64,000 nucleotides of DNA from an uncultured Acidimicrobiales bacterium (lineage in GTDB: Bacteria; Actinomycetota; Acidimicrobiia; Acidimicrobiales; UBA8190). The stretch is taken from NCBI GenBank assembly GCA_963758765.1, contig CAVWWR010000003.1:1046939-1110938 (forward strand), in the 5' to 3' direction. A model generated the notes under the pieces. The model did no database searches, was not told the DNA's origin, and worked only from the letters and a program-made list of their open reading frames with translations. The translations under genes were made by a program, and so were the position numbers. Below, one piece after another: positions 52,202 to 60,273 of the stretch; within the stretch, counting starts at the first letter, position 1; the number at the start of each line of letters is the position of its first letter.

Positions 52202-54622
52202 CTACATCCCGTTCACGTCGGGCGGGACGACTCCGTTGTCGTCGATCGCCGACGCGTCGATCGCACGCACGACGCCGTTTCTGATCCGCCGGATCTGCCC
52301 GGGGTCCGCCACCTTTCCGCCCGTGGCGGCGTCGCGGACGTAGAAGGCGTCTACGACTTCATGGCCGGTGGTTGACACCCGAGCCGCCACGACGTCGAGC
52401 TGCAGTGTGAAGAGGGAGGCGGTGATCCTGTGCAGCAGTCCGACGTCGTCTTCGGCCCTTACCTCCACCACCGTCGAGCCGGCCGAGGCGGCGTTGTCGA
52501 TGTCGACGTCGACCTCCACCGGACGCGACGACACCGATCGCCGGCCGTCGGCATAGGTACGAACCTGCTCCGCGAGCTGTTTCTCGAGCGGGAAGGTCCC
52601 CCGTAGGACCGCCTCGAGCTGGTCGGCCACAAGCTCGAAGTCCGGCCACCGGCCCCGAGAGGGCTCCACCACGAACGACTCGACCGCGAAGCCGTTCTCT
52701 CCGGCAACGTCGGCGGAGCGAACGTCGAGTCCGCGTAGCGCGAACACGCCGGTGACGGCCGAGAGCAATCCGGGCCGGTCGCGCGCCACCACGGTGACGT
52801 TGGGGGGATCGGCAGCGACCACCGAGCGACCCAGGCGCTCGACCTGGCGCATGAAACCGCGGTGCCGATCGGTCACCAGTGGTGTCGTTCGACGCAGCTC
52901 GCCGCCCGAGAGATAGGTCGACACCCGGTGCACGAGGTCGGCGACCAGCCCCGCCTTCCACTGGCCCCACGCCGCTGGTCCGGTGGCCAGGCTGTCAGTC
53001 TCGGTCAGCGCCGCCAGCAGGTCGAGTTGCATCTGGTCCTTGACCGCCGCAGCCACGGCCTCGACGGTGGCGGGGTCGTCGAGGTCCCGGCGGGTGGCGA
53101 CCTCGGCGAGCAGCAGATGATTGCGGACGAGCCCGATCAGGACCTCCACGTCCTCGGATGCGAAGCCCATCCGGCGTCCTATCTCAGCGACGACCCTCAC
53201 TCCGGCATCGGTGTGGTCCCCGGGGAACCCCTTCCCGATGTCGTGGAGCAGCGTTCCCACGAGGAGCAGGTCGGGTCGACTCACGCTCCCGGTGTGCTGC
53301 GCCGCCTGGGCGGCGGCCTCGAGGAGGTGCCTGTCGACAGTAAAGCGGTGATAGGCGTTGCGCTGCGGCCGGTTGCGCACCGCGGCCCATTCCGGCAGCA
53401 GCCTGACGAGCAACCCGCGCTGGTCCAGAGCCTCGAGCGCCGGAATGGCGGCCGACCCTGTGGCAAGCACCCGCACGAGAGCGGCCCGCATCTCCTGTGG
53501 CCAGGGGTCGGGCGGAGGCGGTGCCGCCGCGGCCATGGCGTCGAGCGAGCTCCGGCCGATGGGCAGTTCCCGCTCGGCGGCGACAGCGGCCACACGCAGC
53601 GTCAGCGCCGGATCGCCACTGGGATCGGTCCCGGGCGCGAGGACGACTTCCCCCTTGGCATCGCTGCCATGGATCTGCTCCAGCGCGATGCCTGATTCGA
53701 CGGGGACGAGGATGACGGCGGCATCGTCGTGCGAAGGTGCGCCTCCGGTGGGCCACCAGCGCCGACGGCGCCGCGCCGTCGGCCACAACCAGCGCCGGCG
53801 CCAGACGTCGTCGGTTACCCAGGCGACGGTGCGGCCCGCTTCTGCGATGGCTGCCATGAGTGCATCGGCGTCCCGGTAGCCAAGCGCCGCGGCCACCTGG
53901 TCCTGTTCCTGGAGGAGCAGCCGGTCAGTCGCCCGCTTGGTGAAGCGGTGCAGCTCCACGCGTGCCGCGGTGAGCGCGGCACGCGGCGCCGACAACGAAG
54001 CCATGTCGACCTGTTCCGCAAGTGCGGGCACGGCCAGGGAGGCGGAGCTCACCGCGTGGAGGTCGCGCAGGCCGCCATGGGCCTCTTTGAGGTCCGGCTC
54101 GAGCAGGAAGGCCACATCGCCATGTGCACGGTGGCGTTCGTCGACTTGGCGGGCGAGAACGGGGAGCCACTGTCCTGCCCGAGCCCGCCACAGGTCGAGG
54201 GCGGCGGCGAGCATGGGTTCGGCCACCGGGGCGTCGCCGGCGACGACCCGGCCGTCGAGAAGTCCGAGCTGGGCTCGCAAGTCTTCCTTCGCCACCTCGA
54301 GGACCTCGGAAGGGCGGCGCACCGAGTGATCAAGGCGGATCCCTTCGTCCCAGACCGGGTACCACACGGCATCGGCCACGCGGCCGATGTCCCGACGTCC
54401 TCTGTGGACCAGCACTACGTCAAGATCGCTGTACGGGCAAAGCTCCCCGCGTCCGTAGCCGCCGACGGCGACGAGTGCCACTCCGCGGGGATCTCCGTCG
54501 GTCGCCCCCTCGAGCAGACCGGCCAACCACTGGTCGGCGGCCGCGGAAAAAGCGGTGCAGAAGGCTTCGCCCTGGAGATCGGATCGCGCCAGCAGCTCCT
54601 GGCGCAGCGAGCGGAGAGACAC
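52202..54622 (-). CDS. glnD: [protein-PII] uridylyltransferase/uridylyl-removing enzyme GlnD
   Basis: Nucleotidyltransferase motif VAVGGYGRGELCPYSDLDV. HD domain LLHDIGKG. Two C-terminal ACT-like domains. The first ~87 codons of the listed ORF are Arg/Pro-rich junk, so the start is placed at GTG 54622 (54637 also possible). Confidence 0.85.
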   Translation of the reverse strand: MSLRSLRQELLARSDLQGEAFCTAFSAAADQWLAGLLEGATDGDPRGVALVAVGGYGRGELCPYSDLDVVLVHRGRRDIGRVADAVWYPVWDEGIRLDHSVRRPSEVLEVAKEDLRAQLGLLDGRVVAGDAPVAEPMLAAALDLWRARAGQWLPVLARQVDERHRAHGDVAFLLEPDLKEAHGGLRDLHAVSSASLAVPALAEQVDMASLSAPRAALTAARVELHRFTKRATDRLLLQEQDQVAAALGYRDADALMAAIAEAGRTVAWVTDDVWRRRWLWPTARRRRRWWPTGGAPSHDDAAVILVPVESGIALEQIHGSDAKGEVVLAPGTDPSGDPALTLRVAAVAAERELPIGRSSLDAMAAAAPPPPDPWPQEMRAALVRVLATGSAAIPALEALDQRGLLVRLLPEWAAVRNRPQRNAYHRFTVDRHLLEAAAQAAQHTGSVSRPDLLLVGTLLHDIGKGFPGDHTDAGVRVVAEIGRRMGFASEDVEVLIGLVRNHLLLAEVATRRDLDDPATVEAVAAAVKDQMQLDLLAALTETDSLATGPAAWGQWKAGLVADLVHRVSTYLSGGELRRTTPLVTDRHRGFMRQVERLGRSVVAADPPNVTVVARDRPGLLSAVTGVFALRGLDVRSADVAGENGFAVESFVVEPSRGRWPDFELVADQLEAVLRGTFPLEKQLAEQVRTYADGRRSVSSRPVEVDVDIDNAASAGSTVVEVRAEDDVGLLHRITASLFTLQLDVVAARVSTTGHEVVDAFYVRDAATGGKVADPGQIRRIRNGVVRAIDASAIDDNGVVPPDVNGM

Positions 54623-54831
54623 GGTCGACGGTAGCACTGGCACGCCTGCCCTCCGGGCACGAGCGCGGTGGCAAGCCTGGCCCGGCCCGGGAGGGCAGCG
54701 ACGAGTCGGTCCGGGAGTCCGCCGCGGCCGTCTTGGTTGGGAGGCTCTTTGAGGGCCGCCCCCGCTCGCGCTCGGGTTCGGCGTAGCGTGGTGGTTGGCA
54801 TTCCGGGCAGCCGGAGCCGACGGAGGGTCAG

Positions 54832-55041
54832 ATGAGCGACAGCGATACCAAGGGATCCGGGCTGAGCGTGCTCGACACCGCACTTGTGGTGGCGGCGGTG
54901 ATCGGGGGGATCTTCGTCGTGCTATGGATCGCTCACGCCGTGCTGGGATTGGTCTTGTTCGCCTTCAAGATCGTCATCCTGGTCGTGATCGTGGCGGTGA
55001 TCGTCCGCATAGTCCACGCCGTTTCGCGTCGCGGGGACTGA
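54832..55041 (+). CDS. small hydrophobic protein (2 TM), hypothetical
   Basis: 69 aa. ...LDTALVVAAVIGGIFVVLWIAHAVLGLVLFAFKIVILVVIVAVIV... Overlaps only the non-coding-looking 5' extension of the glnD ORF. Confidence 0.4.
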   Translation: MSDSDTKGSGLSVLDTALVVAAVIGGIFVVLWIAHAVLGLVLFAFKIVILVVIVAVIVRIVHAVSRRGD

Positions 55042-55063
55042 GGATCCTTCGGCTCACGCCCTC

Positions 55064-56092
55064 TCAATGTCGGGAGAGCTCCCGGTACAGCTCGATGTGG
55101 TCCGCCACCATGCGTTGGGTAGAGAAATACCCTTCCACGGCGGCACGGCAGTCGGCTCGCGAGAGCTCATCGACCCGCCCCACTGCCTCGGCCATGGCCG
55201 TTTCGTCCTCACACAGGAAACCGGTCTTGCCGTCCTCGACGACTTCGGGCACGGCACCCTCGGGAAACGCCAGTACGGGCGTGCCACACGCCATGGACTC
55301 CAGCATGACCATGCCGAACGGCTCGTTCCATCTGATGGGGAAGAGCAAGGCTCGCGCTTGCGACAACAGCTCGAGCTTGTGTTCATGGGGGACCTCACCC
55401 AAATACACCGCGTCGGGCCCGAGTAGGGGCGCGACCTGCTCGTCGAAGTACGAGCGCTCCCATTGCTCGCGCATTTTCGCTGCCAGCAGCACTCTGGTTC
55501 CCGCCTTCCGGGCCACTTCGATGGCACGATGCGCACCCTTGTCCGGTGCCATTCGCCCCAGGAACAAGCAGAACTCGCCGTCGTCGTCGCCGGTGCCGTC
55601 ACCGAAAGGGAAGACCGACGCGTCAAGGCCGTGATGGATCACGCGGGCGATCGGTATCTCGGGCGCGGCCCGGTGTTGGGCGTGCGAGATGGCGACGATG
55701 GGTACACGCGGCGCCAACACGCGGTAGAGGTCGGTGAGCTCGTCATTGAAGGGACCGTGGATGGTGGTGACGACCGGGAGGTCGGGGTAGCGCTCGGCGT
55801 AGAACGGCCCCATGACGGTGTGGTCGTGCACGACGTCGTATTTGGAGACGGCTTCGTAGGCATGGACCACGTGGCGGAGCTCGGGCACCGCCATGCCGAT
55901 GCGCATCCCCTCGGCGTGCTCCAGCACCCATGCCTTGGGCACCGGGCACGTCGAGTCTCCGGTGGTGAACAGGGTGATGTCCTGACCGGCCGCCGCCAGA
56001 CCGCGGGCCATCTGGTCCACCACGAGCTCGATCCCCCCGTACAAGGGGGGTGGGATCGGCGTCCATGGGGGAGCGATGAGCGCGATCCGCAT
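55064..56092 (-). CDS. glycosyltransferase family 4 (GT-B fold)
   Basis: Start MRIALIAPPWTPIPPPLYGGIELVV. C-terminal EPFGMVMLESMACGTPVLAF motif. The longer listed ORF runs antisense through tRNA-Cys and is rejected. Confidence 0.85.
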   Translation of the reverse strand: MRIALIAPPWTPIPPPLYGGIELVVDQMARGLAAAGQDITLFTTGDSTCPVPKAWVLEHAEGMRIGMAVPELRHVVHAYEAVSKYDVVHDHTVMGPFYAERYPDLPVVTTIHGPFNDELTDLYRVLAPRVPIVAISHAQHRAAPEIPIARVIHHGLDASVFPFGDGTGDDDGEFCLFLGRMAPDKGAHRAIEVARKAGTRVLLAAKMREQWERSYFDEQVAPLLGPDAVYLGEVPHEHKLELLSQARALLFPIRWNEPFGMVMLESMACGTPVLAFPEGAVPEVVEDGKTGFLCEDETAMAEAVGRVDELSRADCRAAVEGYFSTQRMVADHIELYRELSRH

Positions 56093-56236
56093 GGACCGAT
56101 TCAACCACTTCGGCGCCACGATCCCACGCACCCGGCCCGCTGGGCCGGTGGATCGAAAAGGAAATGGGACCCTCCACGCGCCGAACTGCGCCTCGCCGGA
56201 TGCTCGGTGCCAGCGGATAGGCTCGCTGCTCGGCGC

Positions 56237-56308
56237 GGCGGCGTGGCCGAGTGGTTTAGGCAGGGGCCTGCAAAGCCCCGTACGGCGGTTCGATTCCGCC
56301 CGCCGCCT
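56237..56308 (+). tRNA. tRNA-Cys (anticodon GCA)
   Basis: Hand-folded cloverleaf. Acceptor GGCGGCG/CGCCGCC, anticodon stem GGGGC/GCCCC with loop CTGCAAA, T arm GGCGG-TTCGATT-CCGCC, discriminator T. No encoded CCA. Confidence 0.9.
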
Positions 56309-56356
56309 CGGGTGTCGGGAGCCTGTCGACCGGCGCCATGAAGACAAGGAGATGGA

Positions 56357-56689
56357 ATGGCCGCAGTCGGTGACCGGGTTCAAGTTCCTTCGAAGCGGGT
56401 GGGCCAGTTGCCCCGCAATGGGGTGGTCACCGGCGTTTCCGGGGGCCTGTTGCGGGTGAAGTGGTCCAGTGGGGAGGAGTCGACGATCACGCCGTCGATG
56501 GGCTCGCTGGTCGTTCTGAGCAAGGCGAAGGCCAGTGTCAAGAAGAGCGGCCCCTCAGCCAAGACCCCCTCCAAGAAGGCCGCCCAGGCGTCGGCCAAGA
56601 AGGCGACCAAGCAGTCCCCCCGAGCCAAAGGGGCCGCGGGCGCCAAGTCGTCGGCCAAGCGATCAGGGGCGCACAAACGGGGCAAGTGA
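56357..56689 (+). CDS. DUF1918-like small beta-barrel domain protein with a Lys/Ala-rich histone-H1-like tail
   Basis: AAGGAG RBS. N-terminus MAAVGDRVQVPSKRVGQLPRNGVVTGVSGGLLRVKW... C-terminal ~55 aa is KKSGPSAKTPSKKAAQASAKKATKQSPRAKGAAGAKSSAKR... Confidence 0.7.
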   Translation: MAAVGDRVQVPSKRVGQLPRNGVVTGVSGGLLRVKWSSGEESTITPSMGSLVVLSKAKASVKKSGPSAKTPSKKAAQASAKKATKQSPRAKGAAGAKSSAKRSGAHKRGK

Positions 56690-56726
56690 CGTTCCGCCCG
56701 TCCGAGCGCCACCCGGGGACGGTCGA

Positions 56727-57593
56727 TCAGGCCTCTGGGATGGCGTAGTCCCACACCAAGGAGGAGTCCTCCTCTGTGCCCAGGAGCAGCTTCCCGGGAT
56801 GCTGCTTTTCGATGTGGCCGATGAGGCCGTTATAGATCGAGAAGCCGCACAGCTCCTGCAGACGGCGAGGGAATCTTCGCACGGTCTCGAGCGGGATGCC
56901 GAGCTGCTGGTTCTCCTGCTGGCGGACATAGCCGGCGCAGTAGTTCATGGCGATGCCAACACGGCGCTGCGTGGTTGTGTTGGCGCCTCCTCCGTGCCAC
57001 AGACTTCCCACCCAGACCAGAACGCCGCCCTTCGGCATCTCCGCTGGAATCGAGTCGTGATGCTCAAGTGGATTGGGGGAATGATCGGCGCGGTGGGTTC
57101 CGGGGCACAGACGGGTGGCGCCATTCTCCTCGGTGAAGTCGGTGATGGCCCACATGGTGTTGCAGATCAGTGGAGGGTGGGGCTTGGGCAGCGGGATCAG
57201 TTGATCATCGGAATGGATGGGTTGGGCTTGCTCGTCCGAGCCGATGGCAATCGACGAAAGCGACGAGATGAGCAGGCCGCGATCAAGGACCTGTTCGACG
57301 ACGGGGAGGACGTTGGGGTGGACAGGGATCCTCTCGTACAGAGGTCCATGGACCAGGAGGTTGTAGATGCGGGTGGTCCTACGACCCTCGAAGAGATTGT
57401 CGGCCGGCAGAATGTCGCGGTCGTGCTCGATCCGGAGAAGGTCCTCGTAGATGGCGTCCGCAAGGCCGGGATCGATGGCCTTCTCCATGACTGTCCAGCC
57501 CTCGGAGCGCACCTGTTCGGCGTGGGCTGCAATGGTGGCGTCGTCGAGGGTTCGTCGGTCTCGTGCGACCTGATCGGCTGCAGTCCTGTCCAT
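56727..57593 (-). CDS. phytanoyl-CoA dioxygenase (PhyH) family Fe(II)/2-oxoglutarate oxygenase
   Basis: QPIHSDDQ (HxD), GATRLCPGTH, LWHGGGANTT and R..VGIAMNY are typical of PhyH. The start must lie below tRNA-Val (Met 57593 or 57632). Confidence 0.8.
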   Translation of the reverse strand: MDRTAADQVARDRRTLDDATIAAHAEQVRSEGWTVMEKAIDPGLADAIYEDLLRIEHDRDILPADNLFEGRRTTRIYNLLVHGPLYERIPVHPNVLPVVEQVLDRGLLISSLSSIAIGSDEQAQPIHSDDQLIPLPKPHPPLICNTMWAITDFTEENGATRLCPGTHRADHSPNPLEHHDSIPAEMPKGGVLVWVGSLWHGGGANTTTQRRVGIAMNYCAGYVRQQENQQLGIPLETVRRFPRRLQELCGFSIYNGLIGHIEKQHPGKLLLGTEEDSSLVWDYAIPEA

Positions 57594-57705
57594 CGTCGCT
57601 CCCGAGTGGTTGGTCGAACGGACCAGGTCCATGGTGCCACGAAGTCGGCAATGCCGCTGTGTCGGGGGATCTCCGCACCAAGTGCAGTGATAAGGTCGTG
57701 GCCAC

Positions 57706-57778
57706 GGGCCGTTGGCGCAGTTGGTAGCGCACTTGCACGACACGCAAGGGGTCAGAGGTTCGAGTCCTCTACGGCCCA
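57706..57778 (+). tRNA. tRNA-Val (anticodon GAC)
   Basis: Hand-folded. Acceptor GGGCCGT/ACGGCCC, D arm GCGC-AGTTGGTA-GCGC, anticodon stem CTTGC/GCAAG with loop ACGACAC, T arm AGAGG-TTCGAGT-CCTCT, discriminator A. Position 33 is C rather than U. Confidence 0.85.
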
Positions 57779-57904
57779 CGAACCGCTAGGTCCACAGATG
57801 ATCGAGTGTCACAGCTGCCGGTTGGTCGGATCAGGACCGGGAGCGACTCGCCAACTGCGTGCGCCACGACGGCGTGCGTCACGAGATGTCCGGGCGCACT
57901 TCAC

Positions 57905-58882
57905 GTGTTGAACAATGTTCTTTGGGTTATTGTCGCAGCCCTCATCGGCGTGGGTGTGGTGCGGACCCGGGGGGCGGGGACCGTCGGTCTCGGAGCGGTG
58001 GCCTCAGCCGCCATGCCGGCCGTCTTTGTGCTGGCGTGGCCGGTCGCGGTGGTTGCTCTCGTGGAACACGAGTGGTTCCTGCTCGGCGCGGCGACGTTCC
58101 TGGCGGGGTGCGAGGTGGTGTGGTTGTACCCGCGGCGAAGCCGTCGGAGCCGATTTCCGATCGGTACCGACCCGAGGTTGACCCTTTTCATCGTCAACGC
58201 GTTCTTCCGCAACCCTGACGCGCAACCCATAGCCGGCGAGATCGCGGCCAGCGATCCGGATGTGGTGATCATCCTGGAGCTCACTCCCGCGCACGTTGCC
58301 ACCTTGCTGGGCTCGGGCGTCCTCGACGCCTACCGCTGGAACATGGTGCTCCCTGACAAGAAAGGAGCGTGGGGAATCGGGCTCTGGTCCAAGGTGCCCG
58401 TGGTTGATCTCGAACCGTGGGACTTGCAGGGCGTTCCACAGCTGCGCGGGCAGCTCCAGCTCGCCGGCAACCGATCGCTGGGTATCGTCGCCATCCACGT
58501 TCCGGCTCCCTGGCCCGGGCCGGCCCTGCGCTGGGTCGCCGGGCTCGCCGAGCTCGGGCGTGCCGTCCGGCTCGAGACCCGACCATTGGTAGTGGCGGGG
58601 GACTTGAACGCCACGTGGGACCATCGTCCGTTTCGCGAGCTGATGAGAACCGGTCTCCGGGACGCTGCCGTCGAAGCGGGTCGTAGCAGGGCGAGGACGT
58701 GGCCCAACGATTGGCGTCTCGTACCGCCGTTCCTCCGTCTCGATCACATCCTGGTCTCCGGAGACGTGGCCGTCGCCGGGTACAGGACGGGACCGGGACT
58801 GGGGAGCGACCACCGCAGCGTCATGGTCGAACTCGCTGTCTCGACCGCAGAGGCAACCGACGAACAGGCCCGCCTTCGGTAG
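57905..58882 (+). CDS. membrane-anchored endonuclease/exonuclease/phosphatase (EEP) family protein
   Basis: Three N-terminal TM helices, then an EEP core (DVVIILEL...IVAIHVPAP...VVAGDLNAT...LDHILVS...GSDHRSV). Start placed at GTG 57905. Confidence 0.75.
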   Translation: MLNNVLWVIVAALIGVGVVRTRGAGTVGLGAVASAAMPAVFVLAWPVAVVALVEHEWFLLGAATFLAGCEVVWLYPRRSRRSRFPIGTDPRLTLFIVNAFFRNPDAQPIAGEIAASDPDVVIILELTPAHVATLLGSGVLDAYRWNMVLPDKKGAWGIGLWSKVPVVDLEPWDLQGVPQLRGQLQLAGNRSLGIVAIHVPAPWPGPALRWVAGLAELGRAVRLETRPLVVAGDLNATWDHRPFRELMRTGLRDAAVEAGRSRARTWPNDWRLVPPFLRLDHILVSGDVAVAGYRTGPGLGSDHRSVMVELAVSTAEATDEQARLR

Positions 58883-59021
58883 CGACCCTGGCGAGAAGCC
58901 AGCGAGGATATCGGGCTGATCGACAAGTTTCGACACGACGCGCTTCGAGGTGTTGCGACGCCTATCGATGGTCGAGTGCTCGTGCCGTTATGACAAACTG
59001 AGCGCCTCGAAAGGGGGGCAC

Positions 59022-59939
59022 ATGTCACGATTTCGCGACGGTCGACTCCAGAGGGTCGAGGCTGGTGCACCGCCCGAGCAGGTCGCGGACGCGCTCCTGC
59101 AGGACGGCGCCGTTATCGTCGAGGATCTGCTGTCTCGGGACGTCGTCAGCATGATCAATGCAGAGGTCCAACCGTTCGTCGACCTGGCCGACCCCGACAT
59201 GCGCCATCTCAACCCCGGGGTGCAGCTCTTCCACGCACAGACCCGCCATGTCTCGGGGCTCGCCGGCAAGTCTCCCACATTCGCCACCGACGTCATGGTC
59301 CATCCCCTCCTCATGGCCCTGTGCGACACCGTCCTCGGACCGTCGTGTGCCCGCTACCAACTCAATTTGGCTCACCTGCTCGAGCGTTTGCCGGGCGCCG
59401 GCGACCAGTTCTGGCATCGGGACGAGATCGTGTGGAACCTGGTGCCCGAGCCCAAGCCCGAGCTGCAGCTGGCCTCGGTGATCGCACTCGTGGACTTCAC
59501 GGCCGGCAACGGCGCGACTCGCGTCTTTCCGGGAAGCCACCAGTGGGAGGCCGGGCGCTACCCGACCAACGACGAAGCGGTGGTTGCGGAAATGCAGGCC
59601 GGCTCGGCGATCGTGTATCTCGGATCGACGTTCCATGGTGGGGGTGCTCATCGCGGTTCGGAGCCCCGCCGTGGCGTGCACCTGTCCTACACATTGGGCT
59701 GGTTGCGGACTGAGGAGAACAACTACCTGGCTGTGCCGCCGGAGCTGGCCTGCCGGCTTCCCCGACAGTGCCAAGAGGTGTTGGGCTACGCCGTGCACGA
59801 TGCTATTGCGCGCGGTGGAGGTTACCTGGGCATGCTCGACCTTCGCGACCCGGTGGAGCTGTTCCAAGAGGGTTGGCAGGGGTTGGTCCAAGCGACTGAA
59901 TTAGTCGTGGACCGAGGTCCCAGCCCACGGAGCGCTTGA
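59022..59939 (+). CDS. phytanoyl-CoA dioxygenase (PhyH) family Fe(II)/2-oxoglutarate oxygenase, second copy
   Basis: QFWHRDE (HxD), GATRVFPGSH, STFHGGGAHRG and RRGVHLSY. Start at ATG 59022 within ORF 58950... Confidence 0.8.
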   Translation: MSRFRDGRLQRVEAGAPPEQVADALLQDGAVIVEDLLSRDVVSMINAEVQPFVDLADPDMRHLNPGVQLFHAQTRHVSGLAGKSPTFATDVMVHPLLMALCDTVLGPSCARYQLNLAHLLERLPGAGDQFWHRDEIVWNLVPEPKPELQLASVIALVDFTAGNGATRVFPGSHQWEAGRYPTNDEAVVAEMQAGSAIVYLGSTFHGGGAHRGSEPRRGVHLSYTLGWLRTEENNYLAVPPELACRLPRQCQEVLGYAVHDAIARGGGYLGMLDLRDPVELFQEGWQGLVQATELVVDRGPSPRSA

Positions 59940-60010
59940 GACTCCCCTAGATGTCCTTCTTGTCCGGCGTAATGCAGTAACCGGCGCATTCAAATAAGGA
60001 GTGGACCAAA

Positions 60011-60126
60011 GTCACGGTCCAGTTTCACCGTGTCACGCTTGTCTGCCATTTTGGCGCACACTGGAAACCAAGAGTCAGGGTCCAGCTTCACCGTGGCAGG
60101 TCGATCTGTCATTTGGGCACACACCG
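60011..60126 (+). repeat. two ~54-bp imperfect direct repeats (63-bp period) in the intergenic region upstream of 60274
   Basis: GTCACGGTCCAGTTTCACCGTGTCACGCTTGTCTGCCATTTTGGCGCACACTGG (60011-60064) against GTCAGGGTCCAGCTTCACCGTGGCAGGTCGATCTGTCATTTGGGCACACACCGG (60074-60126), about 80% identical by eye. Confidence 0.8.
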
Positions 60127-60273
60127 GTGCTCGTCATTCTTGAGGATGCGAGGGAGGTGCTGGCGCGGCGGTGTGAAACGCAATCGGCGCGTCGCGGGGA
60201 CGCACAGATCTTCAGGCGAGCACGAAGGTGCTTCTGACCGGCGTGTCTTTCATCCTGAGAAGGAGCAAACAAA

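Noticed and set aside
56237-60273. A possible genomic island integrated at tRNA-Cys or tRNA-Val.
   Set aside because: There is no integrase, recombinase, transposase, direct repeat of the tRNA 3' end or compositional break visible next to either tRNA. The neighbouring genes look like ordinary chromosomal genes.
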